This document shows, in pieces, positions 1-13,056 of a stretch of DNA of 64,000 nucleotides (position 1 is the first letter of the stretch; every line of letters begins with the position of its first letter). The DNA is from Pecten maximus (lineage: Eukaryota), in NCBI RefSeq assembly GCF_902652985.1, contig NC_047026.1:39370001-39434000 (forward strand), written 5' to 3'. The notes below the pieces were generated by a model that was not told the DNA's origin, did no database searches, and saw only the letters and a list, made by a program, of their open reading frames with translations. A program made the position numbers and the translations under genes.

Positions 1-3000
1 TTCAGATGCATCAGGTAAGGTTCATACGACTCCTCATTTCTACTAAACGATGCGTGTCAGAGTTTACCTAGGGAACTTTCAGCAAACTCCATGTCTTAAC
101 GCACTCTCAAACAATGTGTGTCAGAACTAACTGTATCTAAAGAACTAATTACAGCAATGATTGAACACACTACCAAATGATGTGTGTATGAACTTCTATC
201 AAACTCCATGTCTTAACGCACTCTCAAACAATGTGTGTCAGAACTAACTGTATCTAAAGAACTTACAGCAATGACTGAACACACTACCAAATGATGGGTG
301 TCAGAACCTATCTTAGGTCACCTTGCAGTAAAATCCATGTCTGAACACATCATTTGGAATGCTTTATTGAACTTCCATATAACAAACCAATGGTGGTTTT
401 CTTTTAGTTTTATATTGACTTATGTCCTGTTATTCTTATTATAAACAAAATTCCATTATTTTTTCAGCTTTCTGAAATATAATGCCAACTTTATCTTATT
501 TTTAAGAGTATGGTAATTTTGGAAGAGGAATCACTAGTGTTGGAGAAAACTTCCTGTGTGTGGGTGAGTTAATAGCTATATAAAACTGTAAACTGTAATC
601 CTAAAATACGTCAATGATAGGAAAACTGAGGACAAACATGGTTATTGCAAATAATAAATGGATTGAAATATTATTAAGCTGCCAAACACTTGCAAAACTT
701 ATGTTTGGTAACTTAAGAATCTTCCCCTAAGGTTGAGATCCCCCATCTCACCCCCACCCTCAGGTTGTCTAGAGAACTTACAGCAGTGTGACCATGTTTG
801 AACACACTATTTAACTATGGGTGTCAGAACTTGTCTATAGAGCTTACAGCAGAGTCCACATCAGAACACACTGCCAAACGATGTGTGTCAGAACTTGTCT
901 ATAGAGCTTACAGCAGAGTCCACATCAGAACACACTGCCAAACGCTGTGTGTCAGAACTTGTCTATAGAGCTTACAGCAGAGTCCACATCAGAACACACT
1001 GCCAAACGATGTGTGTCAGAACCTATCTAGGGATCTTACAGCAAAATCCATGTCTGAACCTGTCTCACCCCACCCTCAGGTTGTGATCCCCCTGTCTCAC
1101 CCCCACGCTCAGTTTGAGATCCCCCTGTCTCACCCTATTCTCAGGTTGAGATCCCCTTGTCTCACCCCACCCTTAGGTTGAGATCACCCTGTCTCACCCC
1201 ACCCTCAGGTTGAGATCCCCCTGTCTCACCCCACCCTCAGGTTGAGATCCCCCTGTCTCACCCCACCCTCAGGTTGATATCCCCCTGTCTCACCCCACCC
1301 TCAGGTTGAGATCACCCAGTCTCACCCCACCCTCAGGTTGAGATCACCCTGTCTCACCCCACCCTCAGGTTGAGATCACCCAGTCTCACCCCACCCTCAG
1401 GTTGAGATCACCCTGTCTCACCCCACCCTCAGGTAGAGATCACCCTGTCTCACCCCACCCTCAGGTTGAGATCACCCAGTCTCACCCCACCCTCAGGTTG
1501 ATATCACCCTGTCCCACCCCACCCTCAGGTTGAGATCCCCCTGTCTCACCCCCACTCAGGTTGAGATCACCCTGTCTCACCCCACCCTTAGGTTGAGATC
1601 ACCCTGTCTCACCCCACCCTTAGGTTGAGATCCCCCTGTCTCACCCCACACTCAGGTTGAGATCCCCTTGTCTCAACCCCACTCAGGTTGAGATCCCCTT
1701 TTCTCTTACCCTGGACAGGGATATCCGCAGTTTTACCGCGGTGAGATTTACTTATCTCACCCTTGGGAAAAGACAAGCTACAGGTGCTCTTCTCACATTC
1801 TCAAGGATTGTATTTTGTCACGTCAACAATACCATGACGTCACATCGACAATTCAATCACGTCAACATTTCCTTGCATTGATGTAATGTCAATATTGGAT
1901 ACATAAGACGGTAAACAGGGTAAGAGAAAAATAATAATTCACCCCCTTGTGAGTGAGACAGGGGAATCTCAACCCGAGGGGGAAATTGTTAAGTTCCCAA
2001 ACACTCGGCAAGCCTCGTGTTTGGGAATTTAACAATCTCTTCCCTCGGCTTGAGATCCCCCTATCTCACCCCAACAGGGGTGAAAGATTCTATAAGTCTC
2101 ACCCCCACCCTCAGGTTGAGATCCCCGTCTCACACCATCCTCAGGTTGAGATCACCCTGTCTCGCCCCACCTCAGGTTGAGATCACCCTGTCTCACCCCA
2201 CCCCACCCTCAGGTTGAGATCCCCCTGTCTCACCCAACCCTCAGGTTGAGATCACCCTGTCTCACCCCACCCTCAGGTTGAGATCACCCTGTCTCAACCC
2301 ACCCTCAGGTTGAGATCCCCTTGTCTCACCCCACCCTCAGGTTGAGATCCCTCTGTCTCACCCCACCCTCAGGTTGAGATCACCCTGTCTCACCCCACCC
2401 TCAGGTTGAGATCACCCCGTCTCACCCCACCCTCAGGTTGAAATCACCCTGTCTCACCCCACCCTCAGGTTGAGATCACCCTGTCTCACCCCACCCTCAG
2501 GTTGAGATCCCCCTGTCTCGCCCCACCCTCAGGTTGAGATCCCTCTGTCTCACCCCACCCTCAGGTTGAGATCACCCTGTCTCACCCCACCCTCAGGTTG
2601 AGATCACCCCGTCTCACCCCACCCTCAGGTTGAAATCACCCTGTCTCACCCCACCCTCAGGTTGAGATCACCCTGTCTCACCCCACCCTCAGGTTGAGAT
2701 CCCCCTGTCTCGCCCCACCCTCAGGTTGAAATCACCCTGTCTCACCCCACCCTCAGGTTGAGATCACCCTGTCTCACCTTCACCCTCAGGTTGAGATCAC
2801 CCTGTCTCACCCCACCCTCAGGTTGAGATCACCCTGTCTCACCCCACCCTCAGGTTGAGATCACCCTGTCTCACCCCACCCTCAGGTTGAGATCATCCTG
2901 TCTCACCCCACCCCACCCTCAGGTTGAGATCACCCTGTCTCACCCCACCCTCAGGTTGAGATCACCCTGTCTCACCCCACCCTCAGGTTGAGATCACCCT

Positions 3001-6000
3001 GTCCCACCCTACCCTCAGGTTGAGATCACCCTGTCTCACCCCACCCTCAGGTTGAGATCACCCTGTCTCACCCCACCCTCAGGTTAAGATCACCCTGTCT
3101 CACCCCCATTGGGGTGAAAGATTCTTTTAGTCTATCTGTTATGTAGAGACTTTATAAACATATGTAACTAAATTCGGTATTACATAAAAGATATACTAGT
3201 ATGCTCAGGTAAATTTTGGTTTTGTTCTTTTTAGTGTCAGAGAGCTGTAAATACCTTTACAGAGCTCTTCTTTGAATTATGCAATAATTGATGTTAAAAA
3301 TTATCACAGGAACACAGTTGGGGGAGATAGCAGTATTCGATATTCCCTCAAAGGGAACCAACGTAAACTCAAAGGACAGTTTAACAGGTGAGTTTTTATG
3401 TGTCCAAGACGTTACCTAAGTATTTTGAAAGGAATTAATTAAGCTTTCCTGCCTGAATAATTGGAATCCTTGCTAATTTCAATTCAGATAGGTTTATATT
3501 TCTCTGCAGATTAATTAGCTATATCTCAGAAATCTATATCTACATCAGAGGGACCTTGGCACCACTGTTCAGTTTTGAGACTGGTTGGATGAACAAAATA
3601 TCTGACAGGTGACCATCTTGTGTGATTTGGACAGATGAAAAGAAATTGACAATTGAGATTTTATCTAATGTTATTTTCAGAATTATTGTTGTAGGGGATA
3701 TTTATTTTATAATATTTTCTTTGTTGTTATTTGTGTTAATGTTTTTGACTGATTAAAAGATAATTTTAAATTCAGAAAATATTTGATCCAATAAAGATCA
3801 TATGATTACCGCCACCAACACCCTTCTGTGATCTCTTGTAAAACGTCTTTTGACAAGTTTCCCAAGATCTCAGCTTCACAATATTTCCTGACTTTAATGT
3901 GTTCGTATTCAAAGGTGATTGAACATGTTGTCAATTTCAGGGCATAAGCAACCAATATGTGACCTTGCTTCAGAAGACAACACGCTAGTCAGTTGTGATG
4001 AACAGGGCACCATCATTGTGTGGTCACTACGGGACACGAGTATTCGACAGCGAGAGATTATCAAGGGAACTGGGTAGATATATATCCCTTTATCCTGAAT
4101 GATTTACCCGGTAGATCGTTGTTTGTGTACTACAAGAGGTTGTATTTCTTATCTGATGTTTATAACCTCCCTGATGTTTGAGTTGCCCGATGTTAACTAC
4201 TTGTCCAATGTTTATTTTTTGCACAATGTTTATGACTCACTTGATGTTTGACATGCCTGAATTTTTATGACTTGCCCAATATTTATGACTTGACCAATGT
4301 TTATGACTTGCCCAATATTTATGACTTGACCAATGTTTAAGACTTGACGTATGTTTATGGCTTACCTGATGTTCACAACTTCCTAGAGATTTACAACTTA
4401 CTAGAACTTTAAGATCTACCTGGTGTTTAAGTCTGACCTGATGTCAACACCTACCTGATGTTTATGACTTATCTGATGATAAAAACTTACTTGATGTTTA
4501 CAACTTACCTGAGACAACTTACCTGACATTAATGACTGGTGTTCACAGGGATCCCTGCAGCTGTCTGTGTATCTGGAAGAACATTATCGTAGGAGGATTT
4601 AGTAATGGCCAGCTAAGGTTATACAGCGCTAATACAGGAAGATTGGCAGCTGCAGTCAATGCCCATGTACGCTGGGTCAACGCCCTAGACATAGCTAAAG
4701 ATAGCGGACTGGTAAGTAACGTCCACATACGCTGGGTCAACGCCCTGGACATAGCTATAGATAGCGGACTGGTAAGTAACGTCCACGTACGCTTGGTCAA
4801 CGCCCTGGACATAGCTAAAGATAGCGGACTGGTAAGTAACGTCCACATACGCTTGGTCAACGCCCTGGACATAGCTAAAGATAGCGGACTGGTAAGTAAT
4901 GTCCACATACGCTGGGTCAATGCCCTGGACATAGCTAAAGATAGCAGACTGGTAAGTAAAGCCCACGTACACTGGGTCAACGCCCTGGACATAGCTTAAG
5001 ATAGCGGACTGGTAAGTAATGCTCATGTAAGCTGGGTCAACGCCCTGGACATAGCTTAAGATAGTGTACTAGTTAATAATGTCCACATAGGTTTGGTTAC
5101 TGTAGAGGTGAACACTAATTTAGTCTTTTGTCAAGTGTAAAATGTAACAGATAATGTTAATTTATTGGACTTTTGTCATATTATCATAACACACTAACAT
5201 TGTATTTATACCACATTCATTTTTGTGTTTCAGCTGCTGTCAGTGAGTGATGACACACATGCTAGGGTCTGGAAACTGAAGCCAGGAGACAATCCTGAGG
5301 TACTGTAAACCTTATTACATTTCTAAAACAAATTATAGAATTAAAAAAAATCTATTTCTACACCAAAATAAACAATTGATTTTTATATTGATTTTTTATT
5401 ATTGATTTGTTACTATGTATATGGATGATCCTTTACTGGTAATAAACTAAATTATACTAATATCACAATATCTAAGGTTTTGAGAATATTACTGTAACAG
5501 ATTTGAAAAAATATCACATTTGATAGAATATCATAGATTTATAGAATAACACTGACTATACAGAATATCTCGGATTAATAGAATATGTCAGATTTGTAGA
5601 ATATCACAGATTTAAAGAATATGTCAGATTTATAGAATGTCACAGATTTGTAGAATATGACAGATTTATAGAATATCACAGATTTAAAAAATATGTCAGA
5701 TTTATAGAATGTCGCAGATTTGTAGAATATGTCAGATTTATATAGAATGTCACAGATTTGTTGAATATGTCAGATTTATAGAACATCACAGATTTATAGA
5801 ATGTTTGAGATTGAAAGAATGTTTCAGATTTATGTACCTTAGTAATTTCAGATTTATAGAATATGTCAGTGACATATTCTATAAATATAGAATATTTCAC
5901 TTTTATGCAATTTCATTTTTATGTAATTTCAGATTTATAGAATATCTCAGATTTATACATTCATAGAATATCTCTGATTTTTAGAATAATAGAAATTACA

Positions 6001-6652
6001 TGAATATGAAATTACAGAATAACACAGATTTAACAAAATTCAGGATAGCAGATTTTTAGCCTACCATTATCAAATTGCCCTTTGTCTGTCCATATTTTGA
6101 GCATGATTATATATTCAAGATGGCCACCAGCAGCTATTTTTGATTTGGACAAATGAAGTTTGTTATTGCTATTTCTCAGGAACTACTGAACAAATCCTGA
6201 AACTTTTTGTCCAGTTAAGTCCTAGTTGCCTGCTCCTTAATATCATGTTTGGGAACTATCCTTAAAGCACTTATCAATAAATAGAAATAATGATCATAAC
6301 CCTAAGCTTAACTGTCAAAAACTTTTAGCTAGGTTCCTTGTCAAATGTTTAAAAGCAAAGATGACAAAAGTAGAAGAAAAGATCAGTCTTACATTAGACC
6401 CAATTTAAATAAGATTATTCATGGGTGGGCGCCAATGAATGTCCGAGAACTCTTGTCAGATTGAGTTTTAGTTCAGCAAGTTTTGCACATTATATAAATA
6501 TTGTTTCCTGTACTTTCAGATTGAGCATTGTTTTGGCGAGAGTGTGACAGACATGCAGTTATGTGGCGGACAGTTCGTTCATAAATCAGGGATGGGGATT
6601 CTGTGTCACTGGTTACGACAGTTCTGACCTTGTATTCTACATCAAAAACTAA
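1..6652 (+). CDS. WDR54: WD repeat-containing protein 54, 3' part (5' exons lie outside the window)
   Basis: Exons <1-14, 507-563, 3310-3387, 3941-4073, 4549-4711, 5234-5299, 6520-6652 have GT-AG boundaries and consistent phases. Translation ..SDASEYGNFGRGITSVGENFLCVGTQLGEIAVFDIPSKGTNV..GHKQPICDLASED..NAHVRWVNALD..LLSVSDDTHARVWKL..IEHCFGESVTDMQLCG.. matches WDR54 motifs (VFDIPxKG, NAHxR, EHCxGExVxDxQLCG, VTGYD). One G must be removed at 6594-6597 to read the conserved FCVTGYD and stop at 6650-6652. AATAAA at 6753. Confidence 0.88.
40..350. repeat. Degenerate ~64-bp tandem repeat in a WDR54 intron
   Basis: Recurring tgtgtcagaact...ttacagca...aacacactaccaaa; same family as 766-1060. Confidence 0.7.
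766..1060. repeat. 64-bp tandem repeat (~4.5 copies)
   Basis: agcttacagcagagtccacatcagaacacactgccaaacgatgtgtgtcagaacttgtctatag recurs at 841, 905 and 969. Confidence 0.85.
1060..3108. repeat. 32-bp minisatellite in two blocks (1060-1698 and 2095-3108)
   Basis: Unit ctcaggttgagatcaccctgtctcaccccacc, period 32 (1321 to 1353), interrupted by a non-tandem hairpin element. Confidence 0.95.
1699..2092. mobile_element. Non-autonomous hairpin element (Crypton-like by inference) inside the 32-bp array
   Basis: Inverted repeat ttttctcttaccctg (1699-1713) / cagggtaagagaaaa (1916-1930). Long imperfect hairpin 1954-2068 with loop tcggcaagcctc. Degenerate copy of the hairpin at 671-766. Confidence 0.55.
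4145..4530. repeat. Degenerate ~20-bp tandem repeat
   Basis: Recurring tgatgtttatgacttacc / aatgtttatgacttgac variants, ending just before the 4549 acceptor. Confidence 0.7.
4656..5095 (+). repeat. 60-bp tandem repeat copying the WDR54 exon end and splice donor (~7 copies)
   Basis: CTG|GTAAGT recurs at 4712, 4772, 4832, 4892, 4952 and 5012; the unit encodes VSNVHIRWVNALDIAKDSGL. Confidence 0.95.
5500..6030. repeat. AT-rich ~19-bp tandem repeat
   Basis: Recurring cagatttatagaatatca / cagatttatagaatatgt. Confidence 0.8.
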
Positions 6653-7068
6653 ACTCTGGAACTAAACACTCAGTCACTGACCAAGAATTAATGATATTGT
6701 TTACTTGTGTGCTTTTAATGGTAATGTCAGACAAGTGTTGTGTTGAATTCTGAATAAAATGTCAGTATAGTTGTATAGATCAGACATTAAAGATCATACC
6801 TTTATATAGTACTTGCCAACTTCCTGGCACCTCTAAGACATACTTTATAGGCATTCTTTTGACAAACTTATACATTGTACCTTAAACTATATTTTTAAAC
6901 TGCGTTTTTCCACTCCTCTACCATTTGGTGCCTGTGACCAAACCTTGTTTCTAGTGAAGGGAATACTTGTTAATGGGAAACCCAAACCTGGATTGTGAGT
7001 TGTTTATAGGTCTTTGGAGTTGAAGACTTAAAAAGGGAGGGAAGAGTGTAGCAGAACTTTTGATCATC

Positions 7069-7150
7069 GGCGACCAGGTAGCTCAATTAGTAGATCTAGT
7101 GTTCAGAGGTCCCGCAGGTTCGAACACCCGTTTGGCCGTGCATTTTCCCA
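7069..7150 (+). mobile_element. tRNA-derived SINE head or tRNA pseudogene
   Basis: A-box-like gtagctcaattagtaga and B-box-like ggttcgaacacc; no intact cloverleaf; related to the minus-strand copies at 57388-57695. Confidence 0.6.
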
Positions 7151-7249
7151 TCCTCTTACAAACCTTCCAAAAGACAAATAGCTAATTATAATAGTTAACC
7201 TGATACGTCATGTCTAAATTTAGGGTCACAAATCAGGTTTGGTTTTGTA

Positions 7250-7392
7250 TTGTTTAATGTCCTATCAACAGTTAAGGTCATTGAGGACGGCCTTCCCTGT
7301 GTATTGTGTAACGTCTTATCAACAGTTAAGGTCATTGAGGACGGCCTTCCCTGTGTATTGTGTAACGTCCTATCGACAGCTATAGTCATTTA
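7250..7392. repeat. 54-bp tandem repeat (~2.5 copies)
   Basis: tatcaacagttaaggtcattgaggacggccttccctgtgtattgtgtaacgtc repeated. Confidence 0.85.
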
Positions 7393-7966
7393 TTGACATG
7401 CGTGTCCTTCCTAAAGAGGAAGAGCTGGCAAGTACAGCTTAAAGTGGCATACAATTTCTTTTAATCAATAGGTTGATTGTATATGAAATTTATCTATTTC
7501 GTCTCTGTATAAAAGAATAAACACAATGATTGTGAATGGTGCAGATCCTGGTCTGTTTTGAGATATGAATATGGCTTGTACTTTGTTGTAACATTTGAAA
7601 AGCATGTATTTTGTTGGATAGCTGTGATTTCGTATTTTACCAATGTGCAATTTGTACTTAAAATGACTATGCTTTTATGACAGAGAGATGATGTGGTAGA
7701 TTTTTTGTGTTCACGGGATACATGTCTGCTCCCCTTGTTTAGTTTTGGAGAGAAATCATGCATTTGTTAAGGGCTTTTGTACCTACATGTACAGTATATT
7801 GTATACATTTTCTTGAAAACAGTCTTCGAAGATCTTTTTCTCGTGATATTAATGCTATTACTCATTAGTAATACTATTTCATTTAAAATTATTATTATTG
7901 TGCTTGTAATAGACAAAGGAAGTGCTACAATATATTTTTACAAATATACGTAAAAAAATCCCTTAA

Positions 7967-8320
7967 AGGGGCATTGCTTCGTTTGAATAAAGTTTAGGTC
8001 ATCAAAATTAAACTTACTGAAAAATATGTATTTTTTCCAAGTAGTTAAAGTTGTAATTTTTACATTAATATGGCAGTTTTACTCTCAAGATAAACCAAAG
8101 TTATTCGAGTATTAAGTCCTGAAAATTCTTAATTCGACCTGAAGTATCACTAATTACCGCAAAGACATACAGAATTTGTATACAATACACCTTTTTCCTG
8201 TACATTTCGGCGTTAATTTCATTACATATAGGCAAAAACACTCCTATAATCATTGTTCGGATATAGATTTCATCAATAGAAATTGTGCACGTTTCTGATG
8301 TCTGAACGAAGGAATGCCCT
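7967..8320. mobile_element. MITE with short TIRs and TTAA-type flanks (Kolobok/piggyBac-like)
   Basis: Left ttaa|aggggcattgcttcgtt, right aacgaaggaatgccct|ctaa; imperfect inverted termini. Confidence 0.55.
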
Positions 8321-9561
8321 CTAAAGTATTTTTATGATCTATGTTATGCCCTGAAGCAACATATCTTTACTTGAAACATATCAGATATTGGAAATAGTAC
8401 TGTTAGGTATATTTTACAGGGAATCCGTCCATACATGCATATTCATCATGTGTATAATATTCTTGTTCACTCAGACTCTTGCTATGAATGTATTAGGTAT
8501 TAATGCAAGCGTCTGGTTGAATGAGACTACTAGACAATGGAAACTTTTGTGATGCAGTGCTACAAGGACAGGATGTTGAGTTGACCATATTTTTGCAGCA
8601 ATAAGCCTGAATCACTGCCTTGTCTGCCCAAAGTACTTATTGCAGGATAAATATGGTATGTTGTTTACATGATGAAGTCCCTTTTATAAACATAGGGACA
8701 TTTAGGCTTTTTTTTTTACATGGTAGAATGGATCAATTATATATCCACCATTCTCCATAAAAAAGTTAAAATCTAAAATATTTAATGTAAAAACTATGTA
8801 ATGTATTAACTCTAAAACACAAGTGTATATTATATTAAAAATAGACTCAACTTCATTATACAGCTTTATATAAATGAGATTACCTATATGTTAATGATAT
8901 ACAAAATGTATTGTATTTTAAAGAATATGTATCTTGTTTTTGTCCTGGCGATATAGTACAAGCCAGACAAGATTTGATTTAAGGCTACATTGTAGATGTA
9001 GCGAGATGAACTTTGACCTAACTTTTAAATTCTTAACTGGCTGTGGTTTTTTATGATGGTATGGGACGTTTGTTAAATGTGTCCAAGGAAAATCTAATAC
9101 AGCTGTGAGCAGAAGTATGGTATTGAAATTAATAGTTAAAATAGTTTATGAACTCTCTACATATATATATGATTATACACTGTTTCAACACGTTGTACCG
9201 TGTATACTGTGTTGAGGATCTTTCATATCTATGTTTATAGTATAAAGACATGTAGATACCTATTCCTTTGAGGATTTATAGATCTGACATGTCCATATAT
9301 AACTTATAAGAAATGCAGTTTATTATAAAACATTTTTATACATTATTATGTAGAGAGGATTTTTTCTTGGTTATGTAACAAAACTTATGAATTCAATACA
9401 TCTATTATTAACTTGCCTTGCACTTCCTGCAAAAAGTATCTAAATATTCAGCTAACTTGTAAATTGTAGAAAATCTCAAAAAGAAAAATCCTTTCTATAT
9501 CTTAGTACGTTGTAGTACCTGTTTCCGGTTTTAATACAAGGGCAATTTTAATGTGATCGTT

Positions 9562-9802
9562 GTAGCTTACTGAAGATAAGACTGGTGACGAGATAGTTGG
9601 TGTCTAGAGTAGCTTAATGAAGATAAGACTGGTGACGAGATAGTTGGTGTCTAGAGTAGCTTAATGAAGATAAGACTGGTGACGAGATAGTTGGTGTCTA
9701 GTGTTAGAGTAGCTTAATGAAGATAAGACTGGTGACGAGATAGTTGGTGTCTAGTGTAGCTTAATGAAGATAAGACTGGTGACAAGATAGTTGGTGTCCA
9801 GT
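9562..9802. repeat. 47-bp tandem repeat (~5 copies)
   Basis: gtagcttaatgaagataagactggtgacgagatagttggtgtctaga repeated. Confidence 0.92.
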
Positions 9803-10619
9803 GGAAATGTCCACACGTGAAAGTATGAGTTTAACTGTACATTGTAAGGCGTTTGGAAATCTATCATGTTTTATAACTGAAGTTTTCTGCTCCTTCATTA
9901 ACGTTCAAATAAAGTTACAATGACTTGTACAGAGTGTTGGTCAAACTTTTTTAGTTCCCTGCTTTTTAATCTCCCATCACAAGATAGTGGGCTGCTGGTC
10001 CGAAATGCGACCCAAAGGTTAACCTTAGAGACTGCACTGCCAAATTCTGACCTTGACCTCATGACCAGTGTATGAAGTTACAACACTTACCACACTGATA
10101 ATATCTACATAGGACTACAGTCATATAATTATAAAGTGACTGGAATCAGAGCCTTAAAGATGTATAACTCCCCTCAATGAACCACTTTTCTCACACAATC
10201 ATCAGTTATCTAAGGGAAAAATGAAATAAAACTGACACATCAACATCAAAATCAACAATTTATTTTTTAAGGGGCAAAACAAGTCAAATTAATTCTGTCA
10301 ATTAAACAACTCGTGTTTGTACCAGGCCAAACTTACATTAACTAAAATATGTCATCCAAGAGACTGGATAATTGATGTTATTGATGTCATCACCTACCAG
10401 CAAATCTGATTGACCGATCATGTGGTCCCCAAGATTATTTACCGACCATCCAGTATACAGATAACAACGGTTTTTAAAACGTTGCACATGTATAAACAAT
10501 GCTGCCTGGCCATTTATGTAAAATTTTGGTGAAGTGACTTCTCATGGGATCAAGACCGTTCTGAAATTATCTTAGGTGTCTGGAGAAAGTCCAAAAACAT
10601 TAAAAATAAATAGAAACAA

Positions 10620-11627
10620 TGATATATCACATAAAATATAATATCTACATATCACATATATGTACATAGAATATCTACATATCACATATAATATGTACAC
10701 AGAATATCTACATATCACATATAATATGTACACAGAATATCTACATATCACATATAATATGTACATAGAATATATACATATCACATATAATATGTACACA
10801 GAATATCTACATATCACATAATATGTACACAGAATATCTACATATCACATATAATATGTACACAGAATATCTACATATCACATATAATATGTACACAGAA
10901 TATATACATATCACATATAATATGTACATAGAATATCTACATATCACATAGAATATGTACACAGAATATCTACATATCACACATAATATGTACACAGAAT
11001 ATCTACATATCACATATAATATGTACACAGAATATCTACATATCACATAATATGTACATAGAATACCTACATATTATATATAATATGTACACAGAATATC
11101 TACATATCACATATAATATGTACATAGAATATCTACATATCACATATAATATGTACACAGAATATCTACATATCACATAATATGTACACAGAATATCTAC
11201 ATATCACATATAATATGTACACAGAATATCTACATATCACATATAATATGTACACAGAATATATACATATCACATATAATATGTACATAGAATATCTACA
11301 TATCACATAGAATATGTACACAGAATATCTACATATCACATATAATATGTACACAGAATATCTACATATCACATATAATATGTACACAGAATATCTACAT
11401 ATCACATAATATGTACATAGAATACCTACATATTATATATAATATGTACACAGAATATCTACATATCACATATAATATGTACATAGAATATCTACATATT
11501 ATATATAATATGTACACAGAATATCTACATATCACATAATATGTACATAGAATACCTACATATTATATATAATATGTACATAGAATATCTACATATCACA
11601 TATAATATGTACATAGAATATCTACAT
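10620..11627. repeat. 33-bp minisatellite with 359-bp higher-order repeat
   Basis: Unit atatctacatatcacatataatatgtacacaga; the same variant pattern recurs at 10807, 11166 and 11525. Confidence 0.93.
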
Positions 11628-11879
11628 CCTCTGTACAACAAAAAACATGCATTTGTCAATAAAGTGCAACCAAAGACTGTTGACCAAGAAAAAGCATTAC
11701 CTAAATCTGAGGGATGTTTTACAGCTATAAAAAGACACTTGGCCACACATTTAAGTGGTTATTTATCCAACATTAATACTGATATCACTAGCATAACACC
11801 AGTTATAGTTGTTAATACAACACACAGCTTATATCGACATTTTTGTATACAATGATGTAACAGAAACCTTACACACTTC

Positions 11880-12035
11880 TATTAAATAACTGGTAAATCG
11901 TCTGTCCAATAAATAAGCGGTAAATTGCCTATCTATTATATAAGCGGTAAATCGTCTGTCCGTTATATAAGCGGTAAATCGTCTGTCCATTATATAAGCG
12001 GTAAAAGGCCTGTCTATTATACAAGCGGTAAATCA
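11880..12035. repeat. ~27-bp tandem repeat (~5 copies)
   Basis: Recurring taagcggtaaatcgtctgtccattata. Confidence 0.75.
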
Positions 12036-12469
12036 TCATCCTTAACCAATGTGTGTTTATATCTTGCATCATAAACACCTGTCTATAGCTTTAACAGTTG
12101 GCCTTCCCTCACTGTACGATATCAACGGGTGCCCATCAATATACACAAAATACAGTGTATCAGGGGATGTTGCAATCCAAAGTCGGGATTAAACAATCAC
12201 TAAAAAGCTATTTTCAAAGTTCAATGTTATTATTCAAAATAGCTGAATCAGTTTTTCAAAAGCTGCAAATATCAACATACTTTGCTTTAAATATAAAAAA
12301 AAAAACGTATCCATAGAGTTTAGCTAGTTTAAGCACAACTTCTGTAAAAGTGCCCGCACATTACAGAAATAGGTTTGTGCTTTCAATGTGTTGACATGTA
12401 CACAAGGCAAAAATATCTCTGTAGACCAGAGTGTCACAGTATTGACAGACTTGTGACCTTTAGAGTGTC

Positions 12470-12877
12470 CCGATGTTGACCTGTGAGCTCTGCAGTATCC
12501 TTGTGATGACCTTTGAACTCCGAAGTATCCTTGTGTTGAACTGTGAACTCTGCAGTATCCTTGTGTTGACCTGTGAACTCCGAAGTATCCTTGTGATGAC
12601 CTGTGAAATCTGCAGTATCCTTGTGTTGACCTGTGAACTCCGGAGTCCTTGTGATGACCTGTGAACTCTGCAGTATCCTTGTGTTGAACTGTGAACTCTG
12701 CAGTATCCTTGTGATGACCTGTGAACTCTGCAGTATCCTTGTGTTGACCTGTGAACTCTGCAGTATTCTTGTGTTGACCTGTGAACTCCAGAGTCCTTGT
12801 GGTGACCTGTGAACTCTGCAGTATCCTTGTGATGACCTGTGAACTCTGCAGTATCCTTGTGTTGACCTGTGAACTTT
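12470..12877. repeat. 30-bp minisatellite downstream of the RMND5 stop (probably 3' UTR)
   Basis: Unit gacctgtgaactctgcagtatccttgtgwt, ~13 copies. Confidence 0.92.
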
Positions 12878-13056
12878 GAATGTATTTTACCATGCACAGG
12901 AATACGGTTAGGAACATTTCACTGAATTTCATACAGGTCAGTGTCTTATCCTCAAAACAAAATTATAAATCAAAATTTTGGTTTGGAAGCAAGCTTGTGC
13001 AGTCTTTCCATCAGGGCTGTCCCTAAAAAAGGCAGTCTGTTGATCAACATAGTCAT

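Noticed and set aside
7069-7150. Functional tRNA gene (also considered at 55524 and 57388-57482)
   Set aside because: A and B boxes are present but no complete cloverleaf; continuation into SINE body or degenerate duplicates indicates SINE or pseudogene.
12324-12932. 202-aa ORF with a signal-peptide-like start
   Set aside because: Mostly the 30-bp repeat with frames swapping at indels, just downstream of the RMND5 stop.
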